Shown: piece by piece, positions 26,658 to 36,524 of the stretch | How the letters are laid out: each line of letters starts with the position of its first letter | How positions within the stretch are numbered: position 1 is the first letter of the stretch | Notes under the pieces: generated by a model | What the model was told of the DNA's origin: nothing | Databases searched by the model: none | The model's input: the letters and a program-made list of their open reading frames with translations, nothing else | Source of the DNA: a virus | Length of the DNA stretch: 64,000 bases | IMG/VR virus record: IMGVR_UViG_3300037234_000386 | Coordinates: 8,324-72,323 of that record | Strand: one strand, 5' to 3' | Program-made: the position numbers and the translations under genes

Positions 26658-27142
26658 AACTAACGATAATAAATCAAAACACAGATTTTTGGGATGCTGT
26701 ATCAGATACAGCGGAACCTGTATTATTGAATAGATTTGGGTATACTCTATTTCAACAGATAGCAGATCCTACAGAATTTATAAGGGTAGTTCACGCAAAT
26801 GGATTACCTCAGAAAACTACTATATCTGGGTATACTAACGAAGGAGAAAGATATGCTAATAAAGGATTTAGTAATAGTGGTAATGAACTATTGAATGAAG
26901 ATGATGAGGTGTTGAATGATTTATTTGCCGAATATGCAGCATTAAATGGGTTGGCTTATCCAAATAGGATAACACATGATTTTCTAAAAGGAATCGACAC
27001 AGCAGGAATACCAGAAGAATATTTTAGAATAGAAAACGATACAGATTATATTAAAAATATGGCTAGTAATTCGTTACCAATAGTTGTATTGCATTTAGGT
27101 ATAGTGGTAACCCATTTAGGAGAAATTGTAACACATATATAA
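26654..27142 (+). CDS. Hypothetical protein (accessory structural)
   Basis: ATGA-coupled ORF. Confidence 0.6.
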   Translation: MKLTIINQNTDFWDAVSDTAEPVLLNRFGYTLFQQIADPTEFIRVVHANGLPQKTTISGYTNEGERYANKGFSNSGNELLNEDDEVLNDLFAEYAALNGLAYPNRITHDFLKGIDTAGIPEEYFRIENDTDYIKNMASNSLPIVVLHLGIVVTHLGEIVTHI

Positions 27143-27160
27143 CCTTTAAACCACAAAATC

Positions 27161-28861
27161 ATGTCAGAATTAAAAGATATATTACTTAGCGGAGATATAG
27201 AAAGCATATTGCTTAAACTTAGCGATGCACAGCTTTATGGTGTGAATACTTTAGGAGTCAATGTATTTAATATTTACTCGGAGGCTGATTTTCCAACACC
27301 CGTTGGTGGAGTTAGCACATTAGTAAGTGGTAAATATATTATTAAAAAACCAATTACAATATCTACTATTAACGAATTTAAATGTGCTGTAAATTCTATT
27401 ATAGAATGGACTAGCGAAGACAAAGAAAACCACATTCTTACAAGTAGCCATAGCGACAAAACTCTTTTCAATCTAATATTAGGAAAAAGATTCAAGTGCA
27501 CACATGCATCTTTCTTGTTAAATGGAGATAATGCTAAATTTATAAATATAACTGGTGCTGGATTTAATTCTAAATTCAATGATTTTAGAGTTACCTTTAC
27601 TGGAACAGGAACTACTATTGGTGGAACAACAAATACCTTTGATGGAACAAATGAGTTTCTTGATGGAACAATTGCTGGATTTAAAGATGGATTAACCATT
27701 AATAATACTGGTGGAACTCAGGTTATAGGTGTATTATTTATTTCAGACTTTACCGGTACAGATGCAATATTAAAAGCAATTAATGTTCCTGCACTAGCCG
27801 TAAACTTTAATACAAATGTATTTATTGGAGGAGCATCACAATCGAACTATTACATTGATCCAACGATTACGGTTCCCATGCAAGTTCAGGGCAACATCAC
27901 AGGAGGACCAACATCATTCTTTAAATCGGGAAGCACTGGAATATTTACAGCAGTTGCGGATGCCTCTATAGGAGCTACTGCCATAACAAGTGTAACAGAT
28001 TCGAGTGGGGTAGCTAGATTTCATTTTACAGGACCAACAGTTTATGAAAATCAAGAAGTAGTTGTTTCTGGATTTATTACAAACACTGATTACAATGGGG
28101 CTTGTATTGTAACAGCTACAGATGGAACAAGTTATTTTGAAATAGCCTGTGCTCCATTTGGAAGTAATGAAACGGGAAGCTTTTTAAGTAACTCAGTTAC
28201 ATTAACAGAGGTAGGAACGGCATTAACAGAAGGTGAGACTGTTTTATTGGATACTACACTAAGCACAATGTATGACGGAGGAACTTATGTTTATAACAAA
28301 CAAACTAATAGCGTTCAGGTAAATAAAACATGGGATTCTACTATTACTGGCACATGGGATTCTGGCTCGTTAACTGAAGATAGTAAATATGTAAATTCAG
28401 TTGGAAACGGAGCTCAGCCAGATAGCTCTAGTAATGCAAGTGTATTTGTTTCAGGTAATGCTGTTACATTTGACACTACAGGTTCGGGCACATGGGATCC
28501 AATGGATTTAGGCACAGCATTAGAAGGTCAGTCAAATAGTAGATTCAAATTAATTGATCCAGCAACAGGAGAAATGGAATACACTGGACTAACTCCAATT
28601 AATGTAGGATTAGCGGGTTCAATATCTGCGTTAAAGGCGGCTGCTTCTGTTGTGAACCATAAATTTAGAGTAAATAAAACACAAGGTAGTGAGCCTTTCG
28701 ATGCTATTGAACCAGAAAGAGGACTGAGTACTGCAGCTGCATCAATTGCATTAGTATCTTCAATACACCTTAATCCTGGAGATAGGTTTAGACCTGAAAT
28801 AGCATCTCAAACGTCAGCTACAACTGTAACTATAACAGATTTATCAATAACAACAGGATAA
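27161..28861 (+). CDS. Thr/Gly/Ser-rich beta-structured virion protein (spike/fibre-like)
   Basis: Composition; beta-helix-like N-half; C-terminal C1q/TNF-like pattern (LVSSIHLNPGDRFR). Confidence 0.6.
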   Translation: MSELKDILLSGDIESILLKLSDAQLYGVNTLGVNVFNIYSEADFPTPVGGVSTLVSGKYIIKKPITISTINEFKCAVNSIIEWTSEDKENHILTSSHSDKTLFNLILGKRFKCTHASFLLNGDNAKFINITGAGFNSKFNDFRVTFTGTGTTIGGTTNTFDGTNEFLDGTIAGFKDGLTINNTGGTQVIGVLFISDFTGTDAILKAINVPALAVNFNTNVFIGGASQSNYYIDPTITVPMQVQGNITGGPTSFFKSGSTGIFTAVADASIGATAITSVTDSSGVARFHFTGPTVYENQEVVVSGFITNTDYNGACIVTATDGTSYFEIACAPFGSNETGSFLSNSVTLTEVGTALTEGETVLLDTTLSTMYDGGTYVYNKQTNSVQVNKTWDSTITGTWDSGSLTEDSKYVNSVGNGAQPDSSSNASVFVSGNAVTFDTTGSGTWDPMDLGTALEGQSNSRFKLIDPATGEMEYTGLTPINVGLAGSISALKAAASVVNHKFRVNKTQGSEPFDAIEPERGLSTAAASIALVSSIHLNPGDRFRPEIASQTSATTVTITDLSITTG

Positions 28862-28921
28862 TACAAAAGTTTAGTACCTTTAGAAAATAATTAAATTTTA
28901 TATAAACAAATACATTTTATC

Positions 28922-29434
28922 ATGGAAGATTTTAAATTCATAACCGAAGTGAAGGTTACTGTAATACCAGTAACGCCCAAGACAGGGATAGAGCAAAGAG
29001 GGCCTTATGAAAGAAACAAATCCATTGTTGTAGAAAAAGGTGTTTCTACCTATTACGGAGACAAGGGAGATGTGGCTACATTGGCTGCTAACGCTTTAAA
29101 AACGATAACAAGACAGTGGGGACTTTTAGCCTCAGAACCAGCAACAGGTTACGTAACGGCAGCAACTCCAGTAGCTGATGTCACCGCAACACTAAATGGT
29201 AAGGCTCACGATCATGGAACAAGTACAGTTGTTACATTTGAATATGGAACCACTATGGCACTTGGAACAAGTACAGCAGCAGCAGAAAGTCCATTGACAG
29301 GAGATGCATTACAAGCGGTTTCTCTTGACATATCTAGCTTAACGGCAGAAACTCAGTATTATTTTAGATTAAAAATGGTTTCTGGTGGTATAACTGTTTA
29401 TACTACAGTAGGAACATTCGTAACAAGCGCATAA
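28922..29434 (+). CDS. Virion decoration-like protein with FN3-type domain
   Basis: TATLNG...VTFEYGTT...ISSLTAETQYYFRL...GTFVT. Confidence 0.7.
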   Translation: MEDFKFITEVKVTVIPVTPKTGIEQRGPYERNKSIVVEKGVSTYYGDKGDVATLAANALKTITRQWGLLASEPATGYVTAATPVADVTATLNGKAHDHGTSTVVTFEYGTTMALGTSTAAAESPLTGDALQAVSLDISSLTAETQYYFRLKMVSGGITVYTTVGTFVTSA

Positions 29435-29438
29435 TATT

Positions 29439-29753
29439 ATGATTAGAAAAGCAATCAATTTAGTTCGGCAACTATTGGCTTTCCTCAAAAAATGGCTTTA
29501 TCCTAAAAAAGAACTTCTAAAAGCCACGGATGTACTTGACCAATTTTCATGCTTCAAATATAATGGACAGTGGATAAACATGCACGCCTCAGAATTGCCT
29601 GAGTGGAAAGCTTCCGATAGAAAAAAACGCAGAAAGACAGCAATGCGATTTAAGCAGATGCAAAAAAAAGGAAAAATAAGATTTGAAAAAATTAACGGCA
29701 AAATGAGCTGTATAAAAAATAAAGACTATGGGAATACCGAGAGTAGGGAATAA
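29439..29753 (+). CDS. Basic hypothetical protein
   Basis: ORF in operon. Confidence 0.6.
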   Translation: MIRKAINLVRQLLAFLKKWLYPKKELLKATDVLDQFSCFKYNGQWINMHASELPEWKASDRKKRRKTAMRFKQMQKKGKIRFEKINGKMSCIKNKDYGNTESRE

Positions 29754-30426
29754 AGTAATAGTAGAACTTGATCCAGAAAATTCGCTTATCGAAACTAAGT
29801 CTGGATTTAAACTTCAAATAGACACCTCATACGAACCCGAAAAACATGTTGTAAGAATGGGAACGGTAAAAGAGGTTCCAGAAAAAATTCTGTTTTCCAA
29901 AAGCGATAGGAATATAATGCCATGGGACACCGACATGGAGCTTAAAGTGGGTGACAGGGTGATAATGTACTATTTAGCAGTGATAAACTGCATATCGCCA
30001 GAAAAACGCTGGTTTTACGTAGAAAATGGAAAGATAATAATCTTCATTACATACAACAACATATATGCAGCAATCAGGGATGGTGAAATTATTCCTATAA
30101 ATGGATATGTCCTTGTAGAACCAATGGAAGATCCTGAGTGGGTTAGTATGCAAGAAAGAATAAAGCAGGGTGGATTACTTGTTCCTGACATGCGAAAGCT
30201 TAGTAATAAAAACGTAGTTTACGGAAAGATAGCTTATTTAGCATCTCCAATAAGGACTTATTATGACGAACACAAATCCGATGAAAATATTAATGTAAAA
30301 GTTGGAGATGAAATCGTCATGAAAAAAGTGAGAGATATTCCAATGGAGTATGAGTACCACACAAAGGTAGATGGAGGAAGAAAACTTTACCGCTGCCAGA
30401 GGCATGACATTATTGGAACCCTTTGA
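29728..30426 (+). CDS. Tandem (two-domain) GroES-like protein
   Basis: GNKVIVE..ETKSG..GTVKEVP..LKVGDRV, then PINGYVLVEP..GGLLVP..GKIAY..VKVGDEIV..DIIG. Confidence 0.75.
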   Translation: MGIPRVGNKVIVELDPENSLIETKSGFKLQIDTSYEPEKHVVRMGTVKEVPEKILFSKSDRNIMPWDTDMELKVGDRVIMYYLAVINCISPEKRWFYVENGKIIIFITYNNIYAAIRDGEIIPINGYVLVEPMEDPEWVSMQERIKQGGLLVPDMRKLSNKNVVYGKIAYLASPIRTYYDEHKSDENINVKVGDEIVMKKVRDIPMEYEYHTKVDGGRKLYRCQRHDIIGTL

Positions 30427-30446
30427 TATATTTAAAGTTAATTTTG

Positions 30447-30545
30447 TACATTTGTAATGTAGTCAAGACTTAGCGGTTTTGTTCAATGAGGTTCACGTTC
30501 CTACTACATTATTTATAACAACGTGAATAAAAAAAACGTAAAATC
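30447..30545 (+). promoter_or_regulatory. Promoter and structured leader of the NUMOD4-HNH gene
   Basis: TACATTTG 30447-30454; TAATGTAGT/ACTACATTA and TTCACGTT/AACGTGAA interleaved complementarities. Confidence 0.55.
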
Positions 30546-31280
30546 ATGCAAGCAGAAGAAATTTGGAAAGACATACCTGAATACGAGGGATTATATCAGG
30601 TTAGTAACTTGGGTAGAGTAAAGAGCTTAGAAAGAACTGTAATAAAGTTTGGAAAAACAAAGCAGATTATTAAAGACCGCATTTTAAAAGAAGGCTACAA
30701 TCCCAAAAGATATTACAATGTAACCCTTTGTAAAAAAGGGACAAAGAAATCGTTCCTTATACACCTATTAGTAGCTAGAACCTTTAAAAATCACATACCA
30801 AACGGTTATAAATTAGTTGTAGACCATAAGGATTTTGACAAGCTTAATAATAGAGAAGATAATCTTAGGATTATAACACAAAGAGAAAATGCTAATCGAA
30901 AACATCTAAAAAGCAGTTCGAAATATACGGGAGTAGGGTGGAATAAAAAAATGAAGAAGTGGATGGCTAGAATAGCCTTAGATGGCAAAGATATATATTT
31001 AGGATCTTTTATTGATGAACACAAGGCTCACTTGGCTTACGAAGAAGCTCTATTATTGATAAATCAAAATAAAAGTATTCAGCCAGTGATTAATAAATAT
31101 AAACATAAGTTTATTTCAGAATACAAAGGAGTAACGTGGCTTAAATTAAAACAAAGATGGATATCTCGAATATATATAAATAATAAAGTAAAGCATTTGG
31201 GAAGCTTTAAAAATGAAATAGATGCCCATTTAGCATATCAAACAGCACTTAAACAAAAAGAATATGAACTGGCAATTTAG
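30546..31280 (+). CDS. NUMOD4-HNH homing endonuclease with two AP2-like domains
   Basis: EIWKDIPEYEGLYQVSNLGRVKS; VDHKDFDKLNNREDNLRIIT; two SxYxGVxW...W.xRI...LGSF..E..AHLAY repeats. Confidence 0.92.
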   Translation: MQAEEIWKDIPEYEGLYQVSNLGRVKSLERTVIKFGKTKQIIKDRILKEGYNPKRYYNVTLCKKGTKKSFLIHLLVARTFKNHIPNGYKLVVDHKDFDKLNNREDNLRIITQRENANRKHLKSSSKYTGVGWNKKMKKWMARIALDGKDIYLGSFIDEHKAHLAYEEALLLINQNKSIQPVINKYKHKFISEYKGVTWLKLKQRWISRIYINNKVKHLGSFKNEIDAHLAYQTALKQKEYELAI

Positions 31281-31902
31281 CAACATGGAGTTCCGAAAAA
31301 TGTTATTTAATCCTACAAAAGTTGTAGAAGGGAAATCTGTATTAAAAATATTTCCTGAACTTTCTAAGCATAAAATATTCAGAACATCGCCCGGTCCAGA
31401 AATAGATAATAATTTAGTTTTATTATTTATAATGTGCATATATGACAAGGGCACTCCATATCGAGGAAAGTATTCAGACGTTTTAAAAAGAAAGGCTGAA
31501 GTAGCTAATGATGTAGGATTTAAGCATGATGAAGAAGGTAATTTTGAAACACCAATAGAAGACATGCTTAAAGGCAATAATGAAGTTGTGAACAGAAAGA
31601 TTGTTGAATATGTAAGAATACATCGAAACATCAAGTACACATATTTTGTAGCAATGGAACAAGCTTATTATGATTTAATGCTTGAAAGCTTATCTGATCC
31701 AAAGGCAAAAAGCATGGAGAAGTTTAAAGAAATGCAGATAGAGTTGGAGGATACCATGAGTGATCTTCTTAATGATGATGAAAATCCATATTTAAAAGAT
31801 AGAGTGCTTCGTTACATTGCAGAAGTTAGACTAGGACTTCGCCCTGAAGATATTGCTAAAAAAATTAAAAATGGTGAAACGCCTGTGAAACTAATAAAAT
31901 AA
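31264..31902 (+). CDS. Hypothetical protein; terminase small subunit candidate
   Basis: Position immediately upstream of the large terminase; helical. Confidence 0.45.
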   Translation: MNWQFSNMEFRKMLFNPTKVVEGKSVLKIFPELSKHKIFRTSPGPEIDNNLVLLFIMCIYDKGTPYRGKYSDVLKRKAEVANDVGFKHDEEGNFETPIEDMLKGNNEVVNRKIVEYVRIHRNIKYTYFVAMEQAYYDLMLESLSDPKAKSMEKFKEMQIELEDTMSDLLNDDENPYLKDRVLRYIAEVRLGLRPEDIAKKIKNGETPVKLIK

Positions 31903-31907
31903 AATCC

Positions 31908-34160
31908 GTGAGCAGCCTATCCTTAATAAAAAACTATAGTGATACTGTAGATCCAAGAATACTGATGCAGTACAAAAGTGCGGATAGATTTCTATTTGTA
32001 AATACTGACGATAAAGATCTTGAGCCAATAAGGATAGACTTACCAAGTCCTCCGGAATACCATGAAATAGATGGATTTGGATTACCTGCAAAAGATCAAA
32101 TATTCACCCCTCCCAAAGTACCAAGAAGATTAAAGGAGCTCCAAAAAAAGCTTAATACAATTGATGAAATTTGGGAAGTATTAGAAAACAACCAAGATAT
32201 TTATGAAGACGAAATTAAATTCATAAACGATGCATGGTTCCATCGATTATATGGATATTGGTTTTTCAACAACGGAAAGCCAACATATATTGATGGATGG
32301 CATTATTTCTTTTGTTCGTGGTGGTCTATTGACGTAGGGCTTCCAGAATACAGATCTAGAGATAGAAAGTTTTTCTTGTTCGCAAGAATGACCTATAACG
32401 AAACCCATACATTTAAAGATATAGATAAAAAAGGGAATGCTATTATTTCAGAAGAAACAGGTTATTATGATTTCCTAGATACTGGAAGCAGAGTGCTATA
32501 TGGATTTAACTACCCTAAGCACAGGCGCGAAGGAGCCACGTATAAAGCACAATGTATTGGTTATGAAATTCTTAGCAGAACAGAAAATGCTAGTGGTGGT
32601 ATTCAAAGCCAGAATGATAATCAAGCTAAGGATTGTTTTCTAAAACACCTTATAGCACCATGGAAGAAACTACCATTTTTCTTCAAACCAACTTACGAAG
32701 GCTCTACATCTCCAAAAACAGAATTATCATTTTCACCACCAGCAAAAAGACTTTCTTCAAAAGGATCACTAGCTAAATCAGAAGAAGGTTTAGGATCAAA
32801 AATAGATTTTACAAATGCAGAAGCAGGAGCTTATGATGGTTGGAAAATGTACTACCATCATGATGATGAAGTAGGAAAATTAAAAGGAGGAATATCGTGT
32901 TGGGCAAGACATTTAGTTGTAAAAGAATGTCTACAACAAGGTGCAGGTAAAAACATAATCGGATTCACCATAAAAACATCTACAGTAGGAGAGATGGAAA
33001 GAGGAGGTGGTAAGGCTTTTCAAACTCAATGTGAATTAAGTGATTATTTTATAAGAACACCCAATGGTCAAACGGTATCAGGATTAGCTACACTGTTCAT
33101 TCCTGCATATGATGGACTAGAGGGATTTATAGATAGATATGGCAATTCTGTAATCGACACACCGACAAAAGAACAATCGGCATACATAAACTCAAAGATT
33201 GGAGCAAAAGAACACCTATTAAACAACAGAAAAGGATTTATTGACTCTGCAAACTACGAGGGACTATCTGAAGAAACGAGAAAATATCCAATGAGCTTTA
33301 CCGAGTGTTTTAGAACATCGGCAAAAGACTCTGGATTTAACATGCAAAAATTAGAAACATATATTGACGAGCTTAGGTTTAATCGAAGTTCAGCACCAGT
33401 TGAAGGTGATTTTAGATGGATAAATAACGCAAAAGACACGAAGGTTGAGTTTATTGCACGAAAGGGAGGTAAATTCAAAGTATCACACCAACTAAACGAA
33501 GGTGAAAGTAACAGAAAGTTTTGGGATGAAGAAACTTTCTCTTGGAAACCGGGAAACACCAGTTGGGGAGTAGCAGGAGCAGACCCGTTCAAGTTTAACA
33601 AAACCGCAGGAAACAGGAAGTCAAAAGGAGGTGGATCTGTTGTTAGGAAAGGTAAGATGAAGGATGGTGATTTTTCTATGAAAAGAAAATTTGTTTGCAC
33701 CTATTCTCATAGAACATACGACAAAGCTTTATATGCTGAGGATATGTTAATGATGAGTGTTTATTATGGAGTACAAATGTTTCCTGAAATAAACGTTGAT
33801 TTAATATGGGATTATTTTGAGCAAAGAGGATATTCAGCATTTTTACTTTACAGAGTAGACCCGAAAACTTTTCAACAAAACAAAACTCCAGGTGCAAACA
33901 CCAACGAAAAACTTAAACAAGACATATTTACAGAGTTCATGGGATTCATAGAATCAGAAGCCGATGAAGAGAATCATATTGAGCTATTAGAGGAATGCAG
34001 GGATATTGCAGGGATTGAAGAAATGACAAATTACGACCTTTTTACAGCAGCAGGATATGCTTTATTAGGTACAGCGGGAATATACAATGAGATAGAAGAA
34101 TTGGACAAACAGGAGATTGATTTGGGAGCTTTCTACAAAAAAAGAACTTATAAAAGATAA
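31908..34160 (+). CDS. terL: Terminase large subunit
   Basis: PKHRREGATYK Walker A-like, HHDDEVGK Walker B-like, AGADPF nuclease motif; followed by portal. Confidence 0.88.
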   Translation: MSSLSLIKNYSDTVDPRILMQYKSADRFLFVNTDDKDLEPIRIDLPSPPEYHEIDGFGLPAKDQIFTPPKVPRRLKELQKKLNTIDEIWEVLENNQDIYEDEIKFINDAWFHRLYGYWFFNNGKPTYIDGWHYFFCSWWSIDVGLPEYRSRDRKFFLFARMTYNETHTFKDIDKKGNAIISEETGYYDFLDTGSRVLYGFNYPKHRREGATYKAQCIGYEILSRTENASGGIQSQNDNQAKDCFLKHLIAPWKKLPFFFKPTYEGSTSPKTELSFSPPAKRLSSKGSLAKSEEGLGSKIDFTNAEAGAYDGWKMYYHHDDEVGKLKGGISCWARHLVVKECLQQGAGKNIIGFTIKTSTVGEMERGGGKAFQTQCELSDYFIRTPNGQTVSGLATLFIPAYDGLEGFIDRYGNSVIDTPTKEQSAYINSKIGAKEHLLNNRKGFIDSANYEGLSEETRKYPMSFTECFRTSAKDSGFNMQKLETYIDELRFNRSSAPVEGDFRWINNAKDTKVEFIARKGGKFKVSHQLNEGESNRKFWDEETFSWKPGNTSWGVAGADPFKFNKTAGNRKSKGGGSVVRKGKMKDGDFSMKRKFVCTYSHRTYDKALYAEDMLMMSVYYGVQMFPEINVDLIWDYFEQRGYSAFLLYRVDPKTFQQNKTPGANTNEKLKQDIFTEFMGFIESEADEENHIELLEECRDIAGIEEMTNYDLFTAAGYALLGTAGIYNEIEELDKQEIDLGAFYKKRTYKR

Positions 34161-34191
34161 TTTTTATTTAACTTAGTAAAAAAAATAGGAA

Positions 34192-36522
34192 ATGAGTTTG
34201 TCGTTAATTACAACAGGGGGTTATCAGAAAGGAGCATATGCATTTCCGGAAAATGAGATTCCTACAAACGAAAAGAATGGAGAATGGTGCCGACAATGGT
34301 GTGAAGCTATTTATGCCACATGGGTTTCTGATCGTGCGGGACTACTTTATTCTACAAACGAACAATTTCAAGAACTAAGAAGATATGGTGCGGGAAAACA
34401 GAGCATCCATAAATATCAAGACATACTACTTGATGAATCCGAAGAAAATGATGGAGAGATAAAAGGTTATTTAAACATTAACTGGGAAATATTCTCTATA
34501 ATGCCAAAATTCAAACACGTTATCCGTGGAATATTTGAAGACCAAGACCACTCCATAATCGCAACAGCCGTTGATCCATCAAGCATAGAAGATAAAGAAA
34601 CCGCAAAACTAAAAAAATGGTTTAATGCAAAATACAAACCCGTTTTAGATCAGGTTAGATCAATGACAGGAGAGCGACCACAACCAGAATGGTTGCCAGA
34701 AACAGCCGACGAATTAGAATACTACCAATCAATAGGTGGATTCAAAATGGCTAAGGAAACGGAGATTGAAGAAGCATTGCAATATACTTTCTATCTAAGC
34801 GATTGGAAAGAAACAAAAAGAAAAATAATTGATGATTTCGCAGATATAAATTGTGCTGCAGTAAAAGATTTTACCGACACTTATACAAAAAAAGCAAAAA
34901 TAAGATATGTTGATCCTGCCAGATTTATAATTCAATATTCTAAACATTGGGATCATAGAAACTCAGAATACGCAGGAGAACTTATTCAAGAATCGATTTC
35001 CAACATACGTAAAAACACTGATTTATCAGAAGATCAATTACGTGATTTAGCCCATTTATACAACGGTAGATATGCAAATGGAACATTAGATTCTTGGTCA
35101 GGAGATGATTTAGGAAACCTCGATGGTAATGGATGGCGTTATGATGATTTTATGATTGACGTAATGGATGCAGAATGGTTCACCATCAATCAAAAGAATT
35201 TTACCACAAGGATAAACGAACGAGGAGAGACACGTAGGTATGAAGAGGAGTCTGGTAAAATTCACAATAGCAAAAAGAAAAAAACAGAAACCACTAAATA
35301 CAAGACAGTATATAGGGGTAAATGGATTATAGGTACTGAATATATTTATGATTATGGGTTACAGTATGATATTCCTCGCCCAGGAAAAAAAGAAGTAGAA
35401 TTGTCATATAAATTTTACAAATTACCAGGCAGATCATTAGTAGACTTATGTGTTCCTAATTTAGATGCAATGCAATTAACATGGTTAAAACTTCAAAATG
35501 CGATTGCAATGTCCTCAAACTCTGGTATAGCGGTAGAATTTACATCTCTTTCAAATATGTCTCTTGCTGGTAAAAAATTAGATCCAATGGAGATTCTTTC
35601 TATAAGAAGAGATACTGGTGATTTAATTTATAAGACCACTACTCATAAGGGAGTTCCGAACGTTCCGGGAGGACGTAATCCAATACAACAACTAGTTGGA
35701 GGTATTGGACCGCAGTTAGGAGAATTTGTAACATTATTTGAATTAAACCTTAATTTTATAAGAGAATTTACAGGGATAAACGAAATAGTTAGTGCAAGCA
35801 ACCCTAATCCAGAACAAAGCGTGGGAGGATCCGAAATAGCAGTGGCAGCATCTAACAATGCGTTAAAGCCTCTTTATTCAGGATACCTTAGATTAAAAGA
35901 ATTATCGGCAAGAAGCGCAGCTCTTAGAATACAATTATTACTTCGTCACGATAAGGAAGCGTACAATGGATATATTCCTGTAGTTGGTGGAGTTGGTGTA
36001 AAAGTGCTTGCAACAAGTACCGATGTTCTTGATGTAGATTATAGCATAATGATTCAAGCCAGACCTACTAAACAAAGAGTACAGGCTATAATGCAAGCCG
36101 CTACAATTGCCATGCAGCCAGATAAAGATGGTAATAGTGGTATTGAATTAAAAGACTTCTTGAAGATTGAACAAATGTTAGAGAATGGTAATGAGAAAAT
36201 GGCTGAGACTTATCTTAACCATGAATCTAAGAAAAACAAGAAACGCCAGCTACAGGTTCAGCAAGAAAACATGCAATTAAACAGTAAAAACGAGCAACAA
36301 ACCGCAGCTGTTAAAGCCAAGTTAGAACAAGAGGGAAAAACTTTTGTATCGAAACTTAAAATACAAGAAGAAACGGCAAAAGCAGATTTAGAAGATCGCA
36401 ATGCAGCCAGAGAGTTTGAAAGGGAAAAAGAACTTGAAGGAATGAGACTCGTTTATGAAAAACAACAGTCATTGAGACAAGAAAATAATTCACAAGAAAA
36501 GCAAACTTTAAAAACGGCATAA
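34192..36522 (+). CDS. Portal protein (crAss/Cellulophaga podovirus type)
   Basis: YGAGKQSIHKY, YLNINWEIFSIMPKF, IREFTGINE motifs; coiled-coil C-terminus; position after terL. Confidence 0.85.
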   Translation: MSLSLITTGGYQKGAYAFPENEIPTNEKNGEWCRQWCEAIYATWVSDRAGLLYSTNEQFQELRRYGAGKQSIHKYQDILLDESEENDGEIKGYLNINWEIFSIMPKFKHVIRGIFEDQDHSIIATAVDPSSIEDKETAKLKKWFNAKYKPVLDQVRSMTGERPQPEWLPETADELEYYQSIGGFKMAKETEIEEALQYTFYLSDWKETKRKIIDDFADINCAAVKDFTDTYTKKAKIRYVDPARFIIQYSKHWDHRNSEYAGELIQESISNIRKNTDLSEDQLRDLAHLYNGRYANGTLDSWSGDDLGNLDGNGWRYDDFMIDVMDAEWFTINQKNFTTRINERGETRRYEEESGKIHNSKKKKTETTKYKTVYRGKWIIGTEYIYDYGLQYDIPRPGKKEVELSYKFYKLPGRSLVDLCVPNLDAMQLTWLKLQNAIAMSSNSGIAVEFTSLSNMSLAGKKLDPMEILSIRRDTGDLIYKTTTHKGVPNVPGGRNPIQQLVGGIGPQLGEFVTLFELNLNFIREFTGINEIVSASNPNPEQSVGGSEIAVAASNNALKPLYSGYLRLKELSARSAALRIQLLLRHDKEAYNGYIPVVGGVGVKVLATSTDVLDVDYSIMIQARPTKQRVQAIMQAATIAMQPDKDGNSGIELKDFLKIEQMLENGNEKMAETYLNHESKKNKKRQLQVQQENMQLNSKNEQQTAAVKAKLEQEGKTFVSKLKIQEETAKADLEDRNAAREFEREKELEGMRLVYEKQQSLRQENNSQEKQTLKTA

Positions 36523-36524
36523 TC

